Shown here: positions 8,371-19,129 of the stretch, piece by piece
Layout: each line of letters opens with the position of its first letter
How positions within the stretch are numbered: the stretch's first letter is position 1
Assembly (NCBI GenBank): GCA_015067485.1
Contig: SVMJ01000008.1
Location: 3,583-67,582, forward strand
DNA: 64,000 bases
Source of the DNA: Oscillospiraceae bacterium
Lineage (GTDB): Bacteria; Bacillota; Clostridia; Oscillospirales; JAAYXM01
Reading direction: 5' to 3'
Position numbers and translations under genes: made by a program
The notes under the pieces: generated by a model
Database searches by the model: none
What the model saw: only the letters and a program-made list of their open reading frames with translations
Told to the model about the DNA's origin: nothing

Positions 8371-9654
8371 ATGAGAGTAGCATTTTATACTTTGGGTTGT
8401 AAAGTGAATCAAGTGGAGACACAATCTCTGATGCGGATGTTCCGTGAAGCGGGGCACACGGTTGTTGCACCCGAAGACCGCGCGGATGCTTTTGTCGTGA
8501 ACACTTGCACCGTTACCGCGGTGAGTGATAAAAAATCCCGTCAATTGCTCCGTCGTATCCGCAGGGAAAACCCGAATGCCATCATTGCGGCTTGCGGGTG
8601 TTTTCCGCAGACCGATCCCAAAGCGGCGGAAGAACTCGGATGTTGCGATATCATTTTGGGAACGGGAGACCGCGCTCAGGTGGTGCGCTTGGTGGAAGAG
8701 AGAAAAAAGGAATATACCAATGTAGGCGATGCACTTGTGCGGAAAGAGTTTGAGATCTTACCTGTTGGAACCGATACGGGTCATACCCGTGCGATGTTGA
8801 AAGTGGAAGATGGGTGTGAAAATTTCTGCACCTACTGTGTCATCCCGTTTGCGCGCGGCAGAGTCCGCTCCGAACCGATGGAATCCGCACTCAGACAAGC
8901 GCGGGAACTCGCAGACGCAGGATACCGCGAGATCGTGGTCACGGGGATTGAGATCTCCTCTTACGGGAAAGATCTGGACGGGGTTACTCTGATCGATTTA
9001 TTGAAGGGACTTTGTGAGACCGTGCCGAATGTGCGCATCCGTCTCGGGTCGCTTGAACCGCGCACGATTACCGAAGAATTTTGCAAAGTACTCAGTACAT
9101 ATAATAATTTATGTCCGCAGTTTCACCTGTCGCTTCAGAGTGGATGTGATACCACACTAAAGCGCATGAACCGAAAATATGATATGGAACGTTACCGTGC
9201 GTCGGTATCTCTCTTGCGGAGATACTTTTCAAGCTGTGCGATCACCACCGATTTGATTTGCGGATTCCCGGGTGAGACTGAAGAAGAATTTTCCGAGACA
9301 TTGCAAAACATCGAACAGATCGGATTTTCCGCAATGCATATTTTCCCGTATTCCAAGCGCGCGGGGACACGTGCGGCAAAGATGTCGGATCAAATTATAA
9401 AAGCGGAAAAGGAAGCGCGTGTAAGGCGTGCAAGTGAAGTGGCGAAAGAAACGCGCACGCGGTACTTACAGTCGCTCCTTGGCAAAACGGTTTCGGTTTT
9501 GTTTGAGGAAGAAGAAAACGGAGCGTGGCGCGGACACAGCAAAGAATATATCTTGGTCGAAGTGAAAAGTGAGACTTCGCTCAAAAACCAAGTGCTTGAT
9601 GTGGAAATTTTAGAGATTTTGGGAAATGAATCTTTGATTGGGAGAGTCATATGA
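8371..9654 (+). CDS. mtaB: tRNA t6A37 methylthiotransferase
   Basis: TLGCKVNQ.E, VNTCTVT, GCENFCTYC radical-SAM motif, C-terminal TRAM-like domain. Confidence 0.93.
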   Translation: MRVAFYTLGCKVNQVETQSLMRMFREAGHTVVAPEDRADAFVVNTCTVTAVSDKKSRQLLRRIRRENPNAIIAACGCFPQTDPKAAEELGCCDIILGTGDRAQVVRLVEERKKEYTNVGDALVRKEFEILPVGTDTGHTRAMLKVEDGCENFCTYCVIPFARGRVRSEPMESALRQARELADAGYREIVVTGIEISSYGKDLDGVTLIDLLKGLCETVPNVRIRLGSLEPRTITEEFCKVLSTYNNLCPQFHLSLQSGCDTTLKRMNRKYDMERYRASVSLLRRYFSSCAITTDLICGFPGETEEEFSETLQNIEQIGFSAMHIFPYSKRAGTRAAKMSDQIIKAEKEARVRRASEVAKETRTRYLQSLLGKTVSVLFEEEENGAWRGHSKEYILVEVKSETSLKNQVLDVEILEILGNESLIGRVI

Positions 9655-10544
9655 AAGAGCTTTTGGGAGTGCTCGGTCAAAACCCTGCGCTGACTGTGAA
9701 AACAGAAGAGCCGATGAGTCGGCATACTTCCTTTCAAATCGGCGGTCCTGCGGAAGTTATGGTGGAAGCAGAGACTGCGGATGCTGCGCGCTTTGCGTTG
9801 AGCATCTTGAAGGAGTACGAAGTTCCGTATCTGATTTTGGGAAAGGGAAGCAATCTCCTGGTTTCGGATGCAGGAATTTCGGGCGCAGTGGTTAAACTAA
9901 ATGATACATCCTGCGTGCGTCAGGATTGCCGTATCACCGCAGGTGCGGGGATTCAACTTAGTAAACTCGCGGTCTTTGCGCAAAAGGAAGGACTTTCGGG
10001 GCTTGCGTTCTCGTTCGGAATCCCCGGAACACTTGGAGGCGCGTGCATGATGAATGCGGGCGCATACGGCGGTGAGATGAAAGATGTGGTGGTGAAAACC
10101 GTCTGTCTTGACGCGGATTTGAATGAAATCGTTTTGCAAGGAGAGGAACACCGCTTCGGTTACCGAGAGAGCGTGTTCAAAGAAATGCCCAAGTGCTTAA
10201 TTTTATCGACTGAGATGATGCTTGTAGCAAGTGATCCTGCGCTCATTCGCGCGGAGATGGATGACTACGCATCCCGCCGTCGCGAAAAACAGCCGCTGGA
10301 ATATCCGAGCGCGGGCAGTGTATTCAAACGCCCGGAAGGGAAGTTCGCAGGTGCTTTGATTGAACAATGCGGACTCAAGGGCAAGCAGATTGGCGGTGCA
10401 CAGGTGTCGGAAAAACACGCGGGATTCATCGTGAACCGCGGGGGCGCGACTTGCGACGATGTGTTGCGGCTCATTGAACTGATACAGGAAACCGTGATGA
10501 GAGAAACGGGCGTTATGCTCGAATGTGAAATCTGCAGGGTGTAG
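9651..10544 (+). CDS. murB: UDP-N-acetylenolpyruvoylglucosamine reductase
   Basis: GKGSNLLVSD, GIPGTLGGA.MMNAGAYG, QPLEYPSAGSVFKRP. Confidence 0.96.
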   Translation: MKELLGVLGQNPALTVKTEEPMSRHTSFQIGGPAEVMVEAETADAARFALSILKEYEVPYLILGKGSNLLVSDAGISGAVVKLNDTSCVRQDCRITAGAGIQLSKLAVFAQKEGLSGLAFSFGIPGTLGGACMMNAGAYGGEMKDVVVKTVCLDADLNEIVLQGEEHRFGYRESVFKEMPKCLILSTEMMLVASDPALIRAEMDDYASRRREKQPLEYPSAGSVFKRPEGKFAGALIEQCGLKGKQIGGAQVSEKHAGFIVNRGGATCDDVLRLIELIQETVMRETGVMLECEICRV

Positions 10545-10552
10545 GAGGAAGT

Positions 10553-11416
10553 ATGGAATTTTTGATCGTGTCCGGGATGTCCGGAGCAGGAAAGAGCCGC
10601 GCGGTCGCGGTATTTGAAGATTTGGGGTATTATTGTGTGGACAATATGCCGCCACAATTGATCCCGCGTTTTGCGGAGATGTGCGTTGCGGCGGAAGGCA
10701 GATTCGAAAAGGCGGTTTTGGTGGTCGACACCCGAAATGGAACGGATTTTGATGAACTGTTCACCGCACTCGAACAACTGCACGGGCTCAACTGCACCTA
10801 TCAGATTTTGTATTTTGAAGCGTCGGCCGAGACCATCATCAGCCGCCAGCGTGAAACCAGAAGAAAACACCCCATGCAGCAAGCGGGGATGAGTATGCAG
10901 GAAGCGGTGGAGCAGGAGATGGGCGCACTCGCAGGAGTGCGCGCTCGCGCGGATTATATCATTAACACGACCGCGATGAGCACCGCAGGCTTGCGTCAGC
11001 ACTTGCTCGAGTTGTTTGTGCAGGGAAAAGAGCGTGACCGCTCTATGTCCATTCACGTGATGTCGTTTGGGTTTAAGTACGGCGTTCCGCCCGAAGTGGA
11101 TGTCATGTTCGACGTACGATTCCTTCCCAATCCGTTTTATATCATGGACTTGCGCATGAAGACGGGACTTGAGAAAGAAGTGGAATCCTATGTGTTGGAA
11201 AATCCGAACACCACAGAATTTTTGGATCGATTATACCCGCTCATCGATTATCTGATCCCACAATATATTGAAGAAGGAAAAACATCTATCGTATTTGGCA
11301 TCGGTTGTACGGGCGGAAAACACCGCTCGGTCGTTTTAACAGAACAGCTCAATCGCCATATCGCGGAGCGCGGATACCACACTACGACAGTGCATCGCGA
11401 TATCGGACGCGAATAG
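10553..11416 (+). CDS. rapZ: RNase adapter RapZ/YvcJ
   Basis: GMSGAGKS, CVDNMP, SFGFKYG, DVRFLPNP, GCTGGKHRSV. Confidence 0.95.
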   Translation: MEFLIVSGMSGAGKSRAVAVFEDLGYYCVDNMPPQLIPRFAEMCVAAEGRFEKAVLVVDTRNGTDFDELFTALEQLHGLNCTYQILYFEASAETIISRQRETRRKHPMQQAGMSMQEAVEQEMGALAGVRARADYIINTTAMSTAGLRQHLLELFVQGKERDRSMSIHVMSFGFKYGVPPEVDVMFDVRFLPNPFYIMDLRMKTGLEKEVESYVLENPNTTEFLDRLYPLIDYLIPQYIEEGKTSIVFGIGCTGGKHRSVVLTEQLNRHIAERGYHTTTVHRDIGRE

Positions 11417-11425
11417 GAGGAAACT

Positions 11426-12391
11426 ATGGACGGAAACGGTCAGATCGTGGCAATCGGCGGTGGAACAGGTCTTTCCACCATGTTACGAGGGCTGAAACGC
11501 TATACCGATCAGATCACCGCGATCGTTACGGTAGCGGACGACGGTGGCGGATCGGGCGTTTTGCGAGAAGATTTGCGGATGCTCCCGCCGGGCGATATCC
11601 GTAACTGTGCGATCGCACTTTCCAATGCAGAGCCTACCATGGAGGCACTCTTAAACTATCGATTTTCGGAAGGTGGACTTTCGGGTCAGAGTTTCGGGAA
11701 TCTGTTCCTTGCAGCACTCAATGGGGTCACCGGCTCGTTCTATCAGGCGGTGCGCTATATGAGCGAAGTTTTGGCGATCACGGGGAAAGTGCTCCCGGTT
11801 ACTGTGGAAGATATCCGTTTGGAAGCCGAGTTTGAAAACGGAGTTTGTGTTTTGGGTGAGTCCAAAATCTTCCAAGCCAAGAAAGAACAGGAAAGCCCCA
11901 TTCGCCGTGTGCGCTTGATTCCCGAGCATCCGCCGGCACTACAGGAGAGTTTGGATGCAATCGAGAAGGCAGACCTTCTGATTTTGGGCCCGGGCAGTTT
12001 GTACACCAGTATTCTGCCAAATCTTTTGGTAGACGGTGTTGTGGATGCAATCACACGTTCCAATGCGAAAAAAGTATATGTCTGCAACGTGATGACGCAG
12101 GAGGGTGAAACCGAAGGGTACACCGCGTTTGATCACGTGCAGGCACTCTTCGATCATGCGGGGGTCAAGTTGTTTGACTGTTGTTTGGTGAATAGCACTC
12201 CGGTCAGTCAGGCACTTCTGGATAAGTACCGTGTGGAAGATGCGTGCGAGACCGTGGTAGATCAAGAACGGTTTGAGAGAGCGGGGGTCCGGTTGTACCG
12301 CTATCCGCTTATCGAAGAAAATCAGGATTTTGCGCGACATGACCCTGACTTGCTCGCACGCGCGATTCTACAACTGTTACAGGAGAGATAA
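11426..12391 (+). CDS. yvcK: YvcK/GlmR UDP-GlcNAc-binding protein
   Basis: IGGGTGL, VADDGGGSG, PPGDIRN, GPGSLYTS. Confidence 0.95.
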   Translation: MDGNGQIVAIGGGTGLSTMLRGLKRYTDQITAIVTVADDGGGSGVLREDLRMLPPGDIRNCAIALSNAEPTMEALLNYRFSEGGLSGQSFGNLFLAALNGVTGSFYQAVRYMSEVLAITGKVLPVTVEDIRLEAEFENGVCVLGESKIFQAKKEQESPIRRVRLIPEHPPALQESLDAIEKADLLILGPGSLYTSILPNLLVDGVVDAITRSNAKKVYVCNVMTQEGETEGYTAFDHVQALFDHAGVKLFDCCLVNSTPVSQALLDKYRVEDACETVVDQERFERAGVRLYRYPLIEENQDFARHDPDLLARAILQLLQER

Positions 12392-12394
12392 ATC

Positions 12395-13294
12395 ATGACG
12401 TTCAGCGCACAAGTAAAAACCGAATTATGCAAGATTCCCATCGAGCAGGAAAAATGTGCGCTTGCGGAACTGTGCGGAATCACTTTGTTTGCCCAGGCAT
12501 TTGATGCACGAGGTCTCCGTATCGTAACGGGGAGTGCCGAGTTTGCAGGGCGTATTTCAAAACTCTTCAAACTCCTGTTCGGGTTTGATTTTGATAAGAA
12601 AATCACCCCGCTTGGGACGCCCAAGAAGTTCAGTCTCATCATACAAAACCGTGATAAACTCGCGGTTTTGTATGATGCATTCGGGTTTGATTTGGAAACT
12701 ACCCATATCATCCGCCTCAATGCGGCGCTTGTGGAAGACGACCGTACCCGTGCCGCATTCCTGCGCGGCGTATTTTTGGCAGGTGGCTCGGTTTCCGACC
12801 CTGAAACGGCGTATCATATGGAATTCGTTACATCGCATTATCAACTCAGCCGTGAGATATTGGCCCTGCTCCCCGAAGTGGAAATTCAGGCGAAATGCGT
12901 GACGCGAAAAGGAAATTATGTCATCTATCTGAAAGAAAGCCGCATGATCGAAGATATGCTCACGCTGATCGGTGCGCCCATCTCTGCGATGCATATGATG
13001 GAGACCAAGATGTATAAGGAACTGCGTAACAGTATCAATCGGAAAAATAACTTTGAAAATGCGAATTTTATGAAAATGCTCGATACTGCTGCCGGGCAAA
13101 TCGCGGCATTTGAGAAATTGGATTTGGATGCACTTCCCGAAAAACTCAGAGAAGCAGCACAGGTACGCATCGACCATCCGGATAAAACCATGACCGAACT
13201 GTGTGAAATTTTGGGAAACGGAGTCACCAAATCGGGGCTGAACCATCGGTTCCGTAAACTGATGGCAATGGCAAATGAGGGGGAAGAAACATGA
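12395..13294 (+). CDS. whiA: DNA-binding protein WhiA
   Basis: FSAQVKTEL, FLRGVFLAGGSVSDP, TKSGLNHR; rapZ-yvcK-whiA order. Confidence 0.93.
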   Translation: MTFSAQVKTELCKIPIEQEKCALAELCGITLFAQAFDARGLRIVTGSAEFAGRISKLFKLLFGFDFDKKITPLGTPKKFSLIIQNRDKLAVLYDAFGFDLETTHIIRLNAALVEDDRTRAAFLRGVFLAGGSVSDPETAYHMEFVTSHYQLSREILALLPEVEIQAKCVTRKGNYVIYLKESRMIEDMLTLIGAPISAMHMMETKMYKELRNSINRKNNFENANFMKMLDTAAGQIAAFEKLDLDALPEKLREAAQVRIDHPDKTMTELCEILGNGVTKSGLNHRFRKLMAMANEGEET

Positions 13295-16200
13295 GCGGAT
13301 TTGCCCACCTGCATGTACATAGTGAATACAGTTTGCTCGACGGCGCTTGTAGAATCAAGGGTTTGATTGCGCGTGCAAAAGAATTAGGACAAACCTCGGT
13401 TGCCATCACCGACCACGGCGTGATGTACGGTGTGGTGGAATTTTACGAAGAAGCCAAACGGGAAGGAATCCGTCCCATCATCGGGTGTGAAGTCTATGTC
13501 GCACCGCGTTCGCGTTTTGATAAAGTGCACGGGCTCGATTCGGAAGCCGCGCACTTGGTTTTGCTTTGCAAAAATGAAGTGGGGTATCAGAACCTGATTC
13601 GTATGGTGAGTTGCGGGTTTACTGAGGGATTTTACAACCGCCCGCGTGTTGATCTGGAGCTTCTGCGCGAAAATTCAGAAGGATTGATTTGTCTTTCTGC
13701 CTGCCTTGCGGGAACTATTCCGCGAATGCTGGAACGCGGGGATTACGACGGGGCAAAGGAATATGCGATTACCCTTCACGAGATTTTCGGGGAAGGGAAC
13801 TTCTATCTGGAAGTGCAGGACCACGGCATCCCCGAACAAAAAGCAATTAACCGTGATTTGTTCCGTCTTTCCGAAGAACTCGGGATTCCAACGGTTGTCA
13901 CCAATGACGTACACTATCTGACACGTGAAGACTCTTACGTGCAGGATGTTTTGATGTGCGTGCAAATGAATAAAACACTCGACGATCCGAACCGTATGAA
14001 GTTTGCGACCGAAGAGTTCTATCTCAAAGACGAAGATGAGATGCGCGCACTCTTCCCGAATCATCCGGAAGCAATTCAGAACACCGCGAAAATTGCGGAG
14101 ATGTGCGACCTTGAGTTCACATTCGGAAAGTATCACTTACCGCATTATGACGTGCCGGGTGAATTTTCCGATTCTACCGCATATTTCCGCTATCTTGTGG
14201 AAAAGGGATTCTCCGAGCGGTTCTCGAACCCGCCCAAAGAATACCGCGAGCGTCTGGAATATGAAATGGACATGATTGCGACCATGGGATATGTGGATTA
14301 TTTCATCATCGTATGGGATTTCATCCGCTTTGCGAAGCAAAACGGGATCCCGGTCGGACCCGGACGCGGAAGCGCGGCGGGAAGCCTGGTGTCGTATTGT
14401 TTGAATATCACCAGCATCGATCCGATGAAATACAATCTCTATTTTGAACGCTTCTTAAATCCGGAACGCGTGAGTATGCCCGATATCGATATCGACTTCT
14501 GCTACGTGCGTCGTCAGGAAGTCATTGACTATGTTGTGGCAAAATACGGGACAGACCGTGTGGCACAGATCGTAACGTTTGGAACCATGGCGGCACGCGG
14601 TGCTGTGCGTGATGTCGGGCGCGTGCTGGGCGTTTCCTATGGGGAAGTGGATGCGGTCGCAAAACAGATTCCGTATGAACTGAAAATGACCATTGAAAAA
14701 GCGCTTCAAGTGTCGAAACCCTTGCGCGAAATGTATGAAAACGATGCACGTATCGGTCGTTTGATCGATACTGCAAAGGCACTCGAAGGAATGCCGCGCC
14801 ACGCATCAACCCATGCGGCAGGTGTGGTCATCACTGCAAACCCTGTGGATCATTATGTTCCGCTTGCAAAGAACGACGAAGCGATCGTGACCCAGTTCCC
14901 AATGACCACGCTCGAACGTTTGGGACTTCTAAAAATGGACTTTTTGGGGCTTCGAAACCTGACCGTTTTGCGCGATGCACAGACCATGGTGCAAAAACAC
15001 ACCCCGGGATTTTTGATTGACGAGATTGATGACCATGATGCGGAGACCTTTGCGATGCTTGCACAGGGCAAAACCGCGGGCGTGTTCCAGCTGGAAAGTG
15101 CGGGGATGACGAGCGTGGTGGTTGGTATGAAGCCGCAATCCATTGAAGAGATCACCGCGATCGTGGCGCTCTACCGACCGGGTCCGATGGACTCCATTCC
15201 GCATTATATCGATTGCAAATACCACCCCGAAAAAATTACCTATAAACATCCGTGGCTCAAGGATATCCTGGAAGTTACCTATGGCTGTATTGTTTATCAG
15301 GAACAGGTCATGGACATCTTCCGTAAAATTGCGGGCTATTCGCTGGGACGAGCGGACATGGTCCGCCGTGCGATTTCCAAGAAAAAGGAAAAAGAAATTT
15401 TGCGTGAACGCGAAAACTTTGTGCACGGAAACCCTGAAGAAGGAATCCCGGGCGCAAAGGGCAACGGGATCTCTGAGCGTATCGCAAATGAGATTTTTGA
15501 TGAGATCGTAGCATTCGCAAATTATGCGTTCAACAAAGCGCACGCGGCGGCGTATGCCATGGTGTCTTACCAGACCGCGTATATGAAATGCCATTACCCC
15601 AAGGAATACATGGCGGCACTGCTCACGTCTGTTTTGGACAGTAGCAGTAAAATCACAGAATACATCGCACAGTGCCGTGAGATGGGGCTCCGTTTGCTTC
15701 CGCCGGATATCAATGAATCGTATGATGATTTCACCGTGAGCGGAACACACATTCGCTTCGGACTTGCCGCGATTAAGAACATCGGGCGCGGTATGGTTCG
15801 GATCGTGGTGCAAGAGCGTGAGAGCAATGGACCATTTACTTCGCTGCAGGATTTCTGCGAGCGTATGAGCGAGCGAGAACTCAACCGCCGTGCGGTGGAA
15901 AATCTCATCAAATGCGGTGCGTTTGACCGTTTTGGTGCGCGCAGTCAGCATTTGCAGATTTATGATAAACTGCTTGATGAGATCTCTTACAACAAGAGCA
16001 AAAATGTGGAAGGGCAGATGGACCTGTTCTCGATGGGCGGGGAAGAGACCAAAGTACTCGGCGTGGTCGCGCTTCCGAATGTTCCCGAGTTCGATAAAAA
16101 GGAATTGCTTGCAATGGAGCGCGAGACCGCAGGGTTGTATCTCTCGGGGCATCCGCTGGATGACTATACCGCGCAACTGAAACAGAAACGGATCACACCG

Positions 16201-16758
16201 ATTGCAGAGTTGCTCGCAGACGCGAGTGCCGAGAATTTACAGCACCGCTTCCGTGATGGACAAGTGATTCTGATCGCAGGCGCGATCTCCGAGTTCAAGA
16301 CCAAGACCACGAGAAATCAGAATCTGATGGCGTATGTTACGCTGGAAGATGTTTCAGGCTCCATGGAAATCATCGTGTTCCCGAATGTATTGGGTGAATG
16401 CCGAAGCGTTCTCAAAGAAGACGCACTGGTGCTCGTTCGTGGTCGCGTGAGTGTACGAGACGAAGGAAATCCGCAGATTATCTGCGACTCGGCAGAGCCG
16501 TTGTCGCTTGAGACCACTTCGAAACCCGTGGAAAAAAACGAACAAACGGGAGAGAAATTATATCTGCGCGTGAAGACTGCAGACGATGAGACCTTTGTGA
16601 TCTTGAAGGAACTGCTCTCTGCATTCCCGGGCAGTCGTACCGCGATTTTGTATGTGGAAGACAGCGGGCGCCGTCTCAAATGCGAAATTGCGGACGATGC
16701 ACGCCTTCTCACACGCATTACAGAGTTTTTAGGCGAAGAGAACGTGGTATTGAAGTAA
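13291..16758 (+). CDS. dnaE: DNA polymerase III alpha subunit
   Basis: HLHVHSEYSLLDG, GRGSAAGS, FERFLNPERVSMPDIDIDF, YAFNKAH; no intein-sized insertion. Confidence 0.98.
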   Translation: MSGFAHLHVHSEYSLLDGACRIKGLIARAKELGQTSVAITDHGVMYGVVEFYEEAKREGIRPIIGCEVYVAPRSRFDKVHGLDSEAAHLVLLCKNEVGYQNLIRMVSCGFTEGFYNRPRVDLELLRENSEGLICLSACLAGTIPRMLERGDYDGAKEYAITLHEIFGEGNFYLEVQDHGIPEQKAINRDLFRLSEELGIPTVVTNDVHYLTREDSYVQDVLMCVQMNKTLDDPNRMKFATEEFYLKDEDEMRALFPNHPEAIQNTAKIAEMCDLEFTFGKYHLPHYDVPGEFSDSTAYFRYLVEKGFSERFSNPPKEYRERLEYEMDMIATMGYVDYFIIVWDFIRFAKQNGIPVGPGRGSAAGSLVSYCLNITSIDPMKYNLYFERFLNPERVSMPDIDIDFCYVRRQEVIDYVVAKYGTDRVAQIVTFGTMAARGAVRDVGRVLGVSYGEVDAVAKQIPYELKMTIEKALQVSKPLREMYENDARIGRLIDTAKALEGMPRHASTHAAGVVITANPVDHYVPLAKNDEAIVTQFPMTTLERLGLLKMDFLGLRNLTVLRDAQTMVQKHTPGFLIDEIDDHDAETFAMLAQGKTAGVFQLESAGMTSVVVGMKPQSIEEITAIVALYRPGPMDSIPHYIDCKYHPEKITYKHPWLKDILEVTYGCIVYQEQVMDIFRKIAGYSLGRADMVRRAISKKKEKEILRERENFVHGNPEEGIPGAKGNGISERIANEIFDEIVAFANYAFNKAHAAAYAMVSYQTAYMKCHYPKEYMAALLTSVLDSSSKITEYIAQCREMGLRLLPPDINESYDDFTVSGTHIRFGLAAIKNIGRGMVRIVVQERESNGPFTSLQDFCERMSERELNRRAVENLIKCGAFDRFGARSQHLQIYDKLLDEISYNKSKNVEGQMDLFSMGGEETKVLGVVALPNVPEFDKKELLAMERETAGLYLSGHPLDDYTAQLKQKRITPIAELLADASAENLQHRFRDGQVILIAGAISEFKTKTTRNQNLMAYVTLEDVSGSMEIIVFPNVLGECRSVLKEDALVLVRGRVSVRDEGNPQIICDSAEPLSLETTSKPVEKNEQTGEKLYLRVKTADDETFVILKELLSAFPGSRTAILYVEDSGRRLKCEIADDARLLTRITEFLGEENVVLK

Positions 16759-16845
16759 ATTTCCCTTTACTTTTTTTCGTTTGCGTGTATACTATATAAT
16801 AGAGTAGTTTCGTCGGGAAGGTCCGATGAAGAAGGAGAGAAAACC

Positions 16846-17817
16846 ATGGGAAAAATCAATCGAATCGGGGTTTTGACGAGCGGCGGTGATGCACCCGGCA
16901 TGAATGCGGCAATCCGCGCGGTCGTGCGTGCTTCCGCATATTACGGCATTACCTGTCTTGGGATTCATAGAGGATATAACGGACTCATCAACGGCGACAT
17001 CGTTACAATGGATGCGCGTAGTGTTAACGGGGTGATTGCGCGTGGCGGTACCATGCTGTATACCGCGCGCTGCCCGGAATTCATGACCGAAGAAGGCATT
17101 AAGAAAGCGGTCGGGACTTGCAAGTATCTGGGGATTGACGGCATTATCGCAATCGGCGGCGACGGTACGTTCCGCGGCGCACGTGATCTTGCAAATCACG
17201 GCATTTCCACCATCGGCATCCCTGCAACCATCGACAACGACATTGCATCCACCCAGTACAGCATCGGGTTTGATACCGCGTGCAACACGGCTCAGGATGC
17301 GATCGATAAACTGCGTGATACCATGCAGTCTCACGAGCGTTGCTCTGTGGTAGAAGTCATGGGTCGTAACGCGGGACATCTCGCACTCCATGTTGGCATC
17401 GCATGCGGCGCAACCGCAATTTTGGTCCCGGAAAAGGAACTCGATGTTGAAAAAGACATCATTGAGAAAATTCGCCAAGGTCGCATCAATAAGAGATCTC
17501 ACTTCATTATCATTGTTGCGGAAGGTGTAGGCAGTGGTGTCGAAGTGGCAGAAAAGATCAAAGCAGAAACCGGCATCGATGCGCGCGTTACCACCTTGGG
17601 TCACATTCAGCGTGGCGGTAGTCCGTCGGCGACCGACCGTGTCTGGGCAACCCGTATGGGTGAGTTTGCGGTCTCCGGTCTGCTCGCAGGTAAGAGCAAC
17701 CGCGTGGTGTGTGTTGTGAACAATGAACTCATCGACGTGGATATCAACGAAGCACTCCAAATGAACAAAGATATTCAGGGGGAACTTTATCAGACCTCCA
17801 AAATGATGGCGGTATAG
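16846..17817 (+). CDS. pfkA: 6-phosphofructokinase
   Basis: TSGGDAPGMN, GGDGT, TIDND, EVMGR, LGHIQRGG. Confidence 0.97.
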   Translation: MGKINRIGVLTSGGDAPGMNAAIRAVVRASAYYGITCLGIHRGYNGLINGDIVTMDARSVNGVIARGGTMLYTARCPEFMTEEGIKKAVGTCKYLGIDGIIAIGGDGTFRGARDLANHGISTIGIPATIDNDIASTQYSIGFDTACNTAQDAIDKLRDTMQSHERCSVVEVMGRNAGHLALHVGIACGATAILVPEKELDVEKDIIEKIRQGRINKRSHFIIIVAEGVGSGVEVAEKIKAETGIDARVTTLGHIQRGGSPSATDRVWATRMGEFAVSGLLAGKSNRVVCVVNNELIDVDINEALQMNKDIQGELYQTSKMMAV

Positions 17818-17826
17818 TCAACGAAC

Positions 17827-17859
17827 AAAGACCGAATGGGAAAACCATTCGGTCTTTTT
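17827..17859 (+). terminator. Intrinsic terminator after pfkA
   Basis: aaagaccgaatgg..ccattcggtcttttt. Confidence 0.8.
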
Positions 17860-17923
17860 GTTGTTGCCAAGGGAAGACAGATGTGGTAAAATATTGGGTG
17901 TATCTACCAAGGAGGCGATCTAC

Positions 17924-19114
17924 TTGAATTTCAAGTTTTCAGAACGTATTTCCACGTTGCAGCCGTCTGCAATCCGTGAGATCTTGAAAGTAACGCAAGA
18001 TCCTACTGTCATTTCCTTTGCGGCAGGAAATCCCGCGCCCGAGAGTTTCCCTGCAGCGGAGATGGCGTCCATTGCGGCTGAGATTTTTGCAAACAATGCA
18101 GCCAGTGCGCTTCAGTACGGGGTAACCGAAGGTTACGGTCCGCTCAAAGAACTCACCGCGAAGCGCATGAAAGAAAAATATAACATTGGGCGCACATTTG
18201 ACGACATCATCATCACCAGTGGCGGTCAGCAAGCGATTGAGATGCTCACCAAGGCGTTGGTCAACGAAGGTGATGTCATCCTTTGCGAAATGCCGAGTTT
18301 TATCGGCGCGCTCAATGCATTCCGTTCTTATAACGCAAAACTCATCGGGATTCCGATGGACCATGACGGAATGGATATGGAGGTGCTCGAGCGCACGCTG
18401 CAGACCACGCAGAATGTCAAATTCATCTATACCATCCCGACCTTCCAAAACCCGTCCGGACACGTGATGAGTTTAGAGCGCAGAAAGAAACTTTTAGAAC
18501 TTGCACAGAAGTACAACGTTCTGATTTTGGAAGACAGCCCGTACTTTGAACTGCGTTTTGCGGGCGAGTATGTCCCGCCCATCAAGAGCATGGATGAGAC
18601 CGGGTGCGTTCTGTTCTCGGGGTCTTACTCCAAAATCCTTGCACCGGGTATCCGTATCGGTTTTGCAATCGCACCGAAAGAACTCATCTCGAAACTCACC
18701 GTTGCAAAGCAGGTGAGTGACGTACATACCAACCTGTTCTTCCAGATGATCGCGGCGGAATATCTGAAGCGTTATGATCTGGATGCACATATCGCAAAAA
18801 TCTGCGATCTCTACCGCACCCGTGCGGAACTCATGTGCAACCGAATCGATGAGAAATTCGGCGGCAAGGTGCAGTACGTCCGTCCGACCGGCGGTCTGTT
18901 TTTGTGGTGTTCGCTCCCCGAAGGCTATGATTCCATGGACTTCTGCCGTAAGACCGGCGAGAAGAAAGTGGTCGCGGTCCCGGGTAGTTCGTTCTCCATT
19001 GATGAGCGCGAAATAACTCCGTCGTTCCGCATGAACTACTCGCTGCCGAGTGAAGAGCAGATCTGCAAGGGCATTGATCTGATGGCAGAAGTATTGCACG
19101 ATTACGTAAAATAA
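17924..19114 (+). CDS. PLP-dependent class I/II aminotransferase (LysN/ARO8-like)
   Basis: ISFAAGNP, IPTFQNPSG, LEDSPY, GSYSKILAPGIRIG; TTG start after AAGGAGG. Confidence 0.9.
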   Translation: MNFKFSERISTLQPSAIREILKVTQDPTVISFAAGNPAPESFPAAEMASIAAEIFANNAASALQYGVTEGYGPLKELTAKRMKEKYNIGRTFDDIIITSGGQQAIEMLTKALVNEGDVILCEMPSFIGALNAFRSYNAKLIGIPMDHDGMDMEVLERTLQTTQNVKFIYTIPTFQNPSGHVMSLERRKKLLELAQKYNVLILEDSPYFELRFAGEYVPPIKSMDETGCVLFSGSYSKILAPGIRIGFAIAPKELISKLTVAKQVSDVHTNLFFQMIAAEYLKRYDLDAHIAKICDLYRTRAELMCNRIDEKFGGKVQYVRPTGGLFLWCSLPEGYDSMDFCRKTGEKKVVAVPGSSFSIDEREITPSFRMNYSLPSEEQICKGIDLMAEVLHDYVK

Positions 19115-19129
19115 GAGGAGAGCATTCTC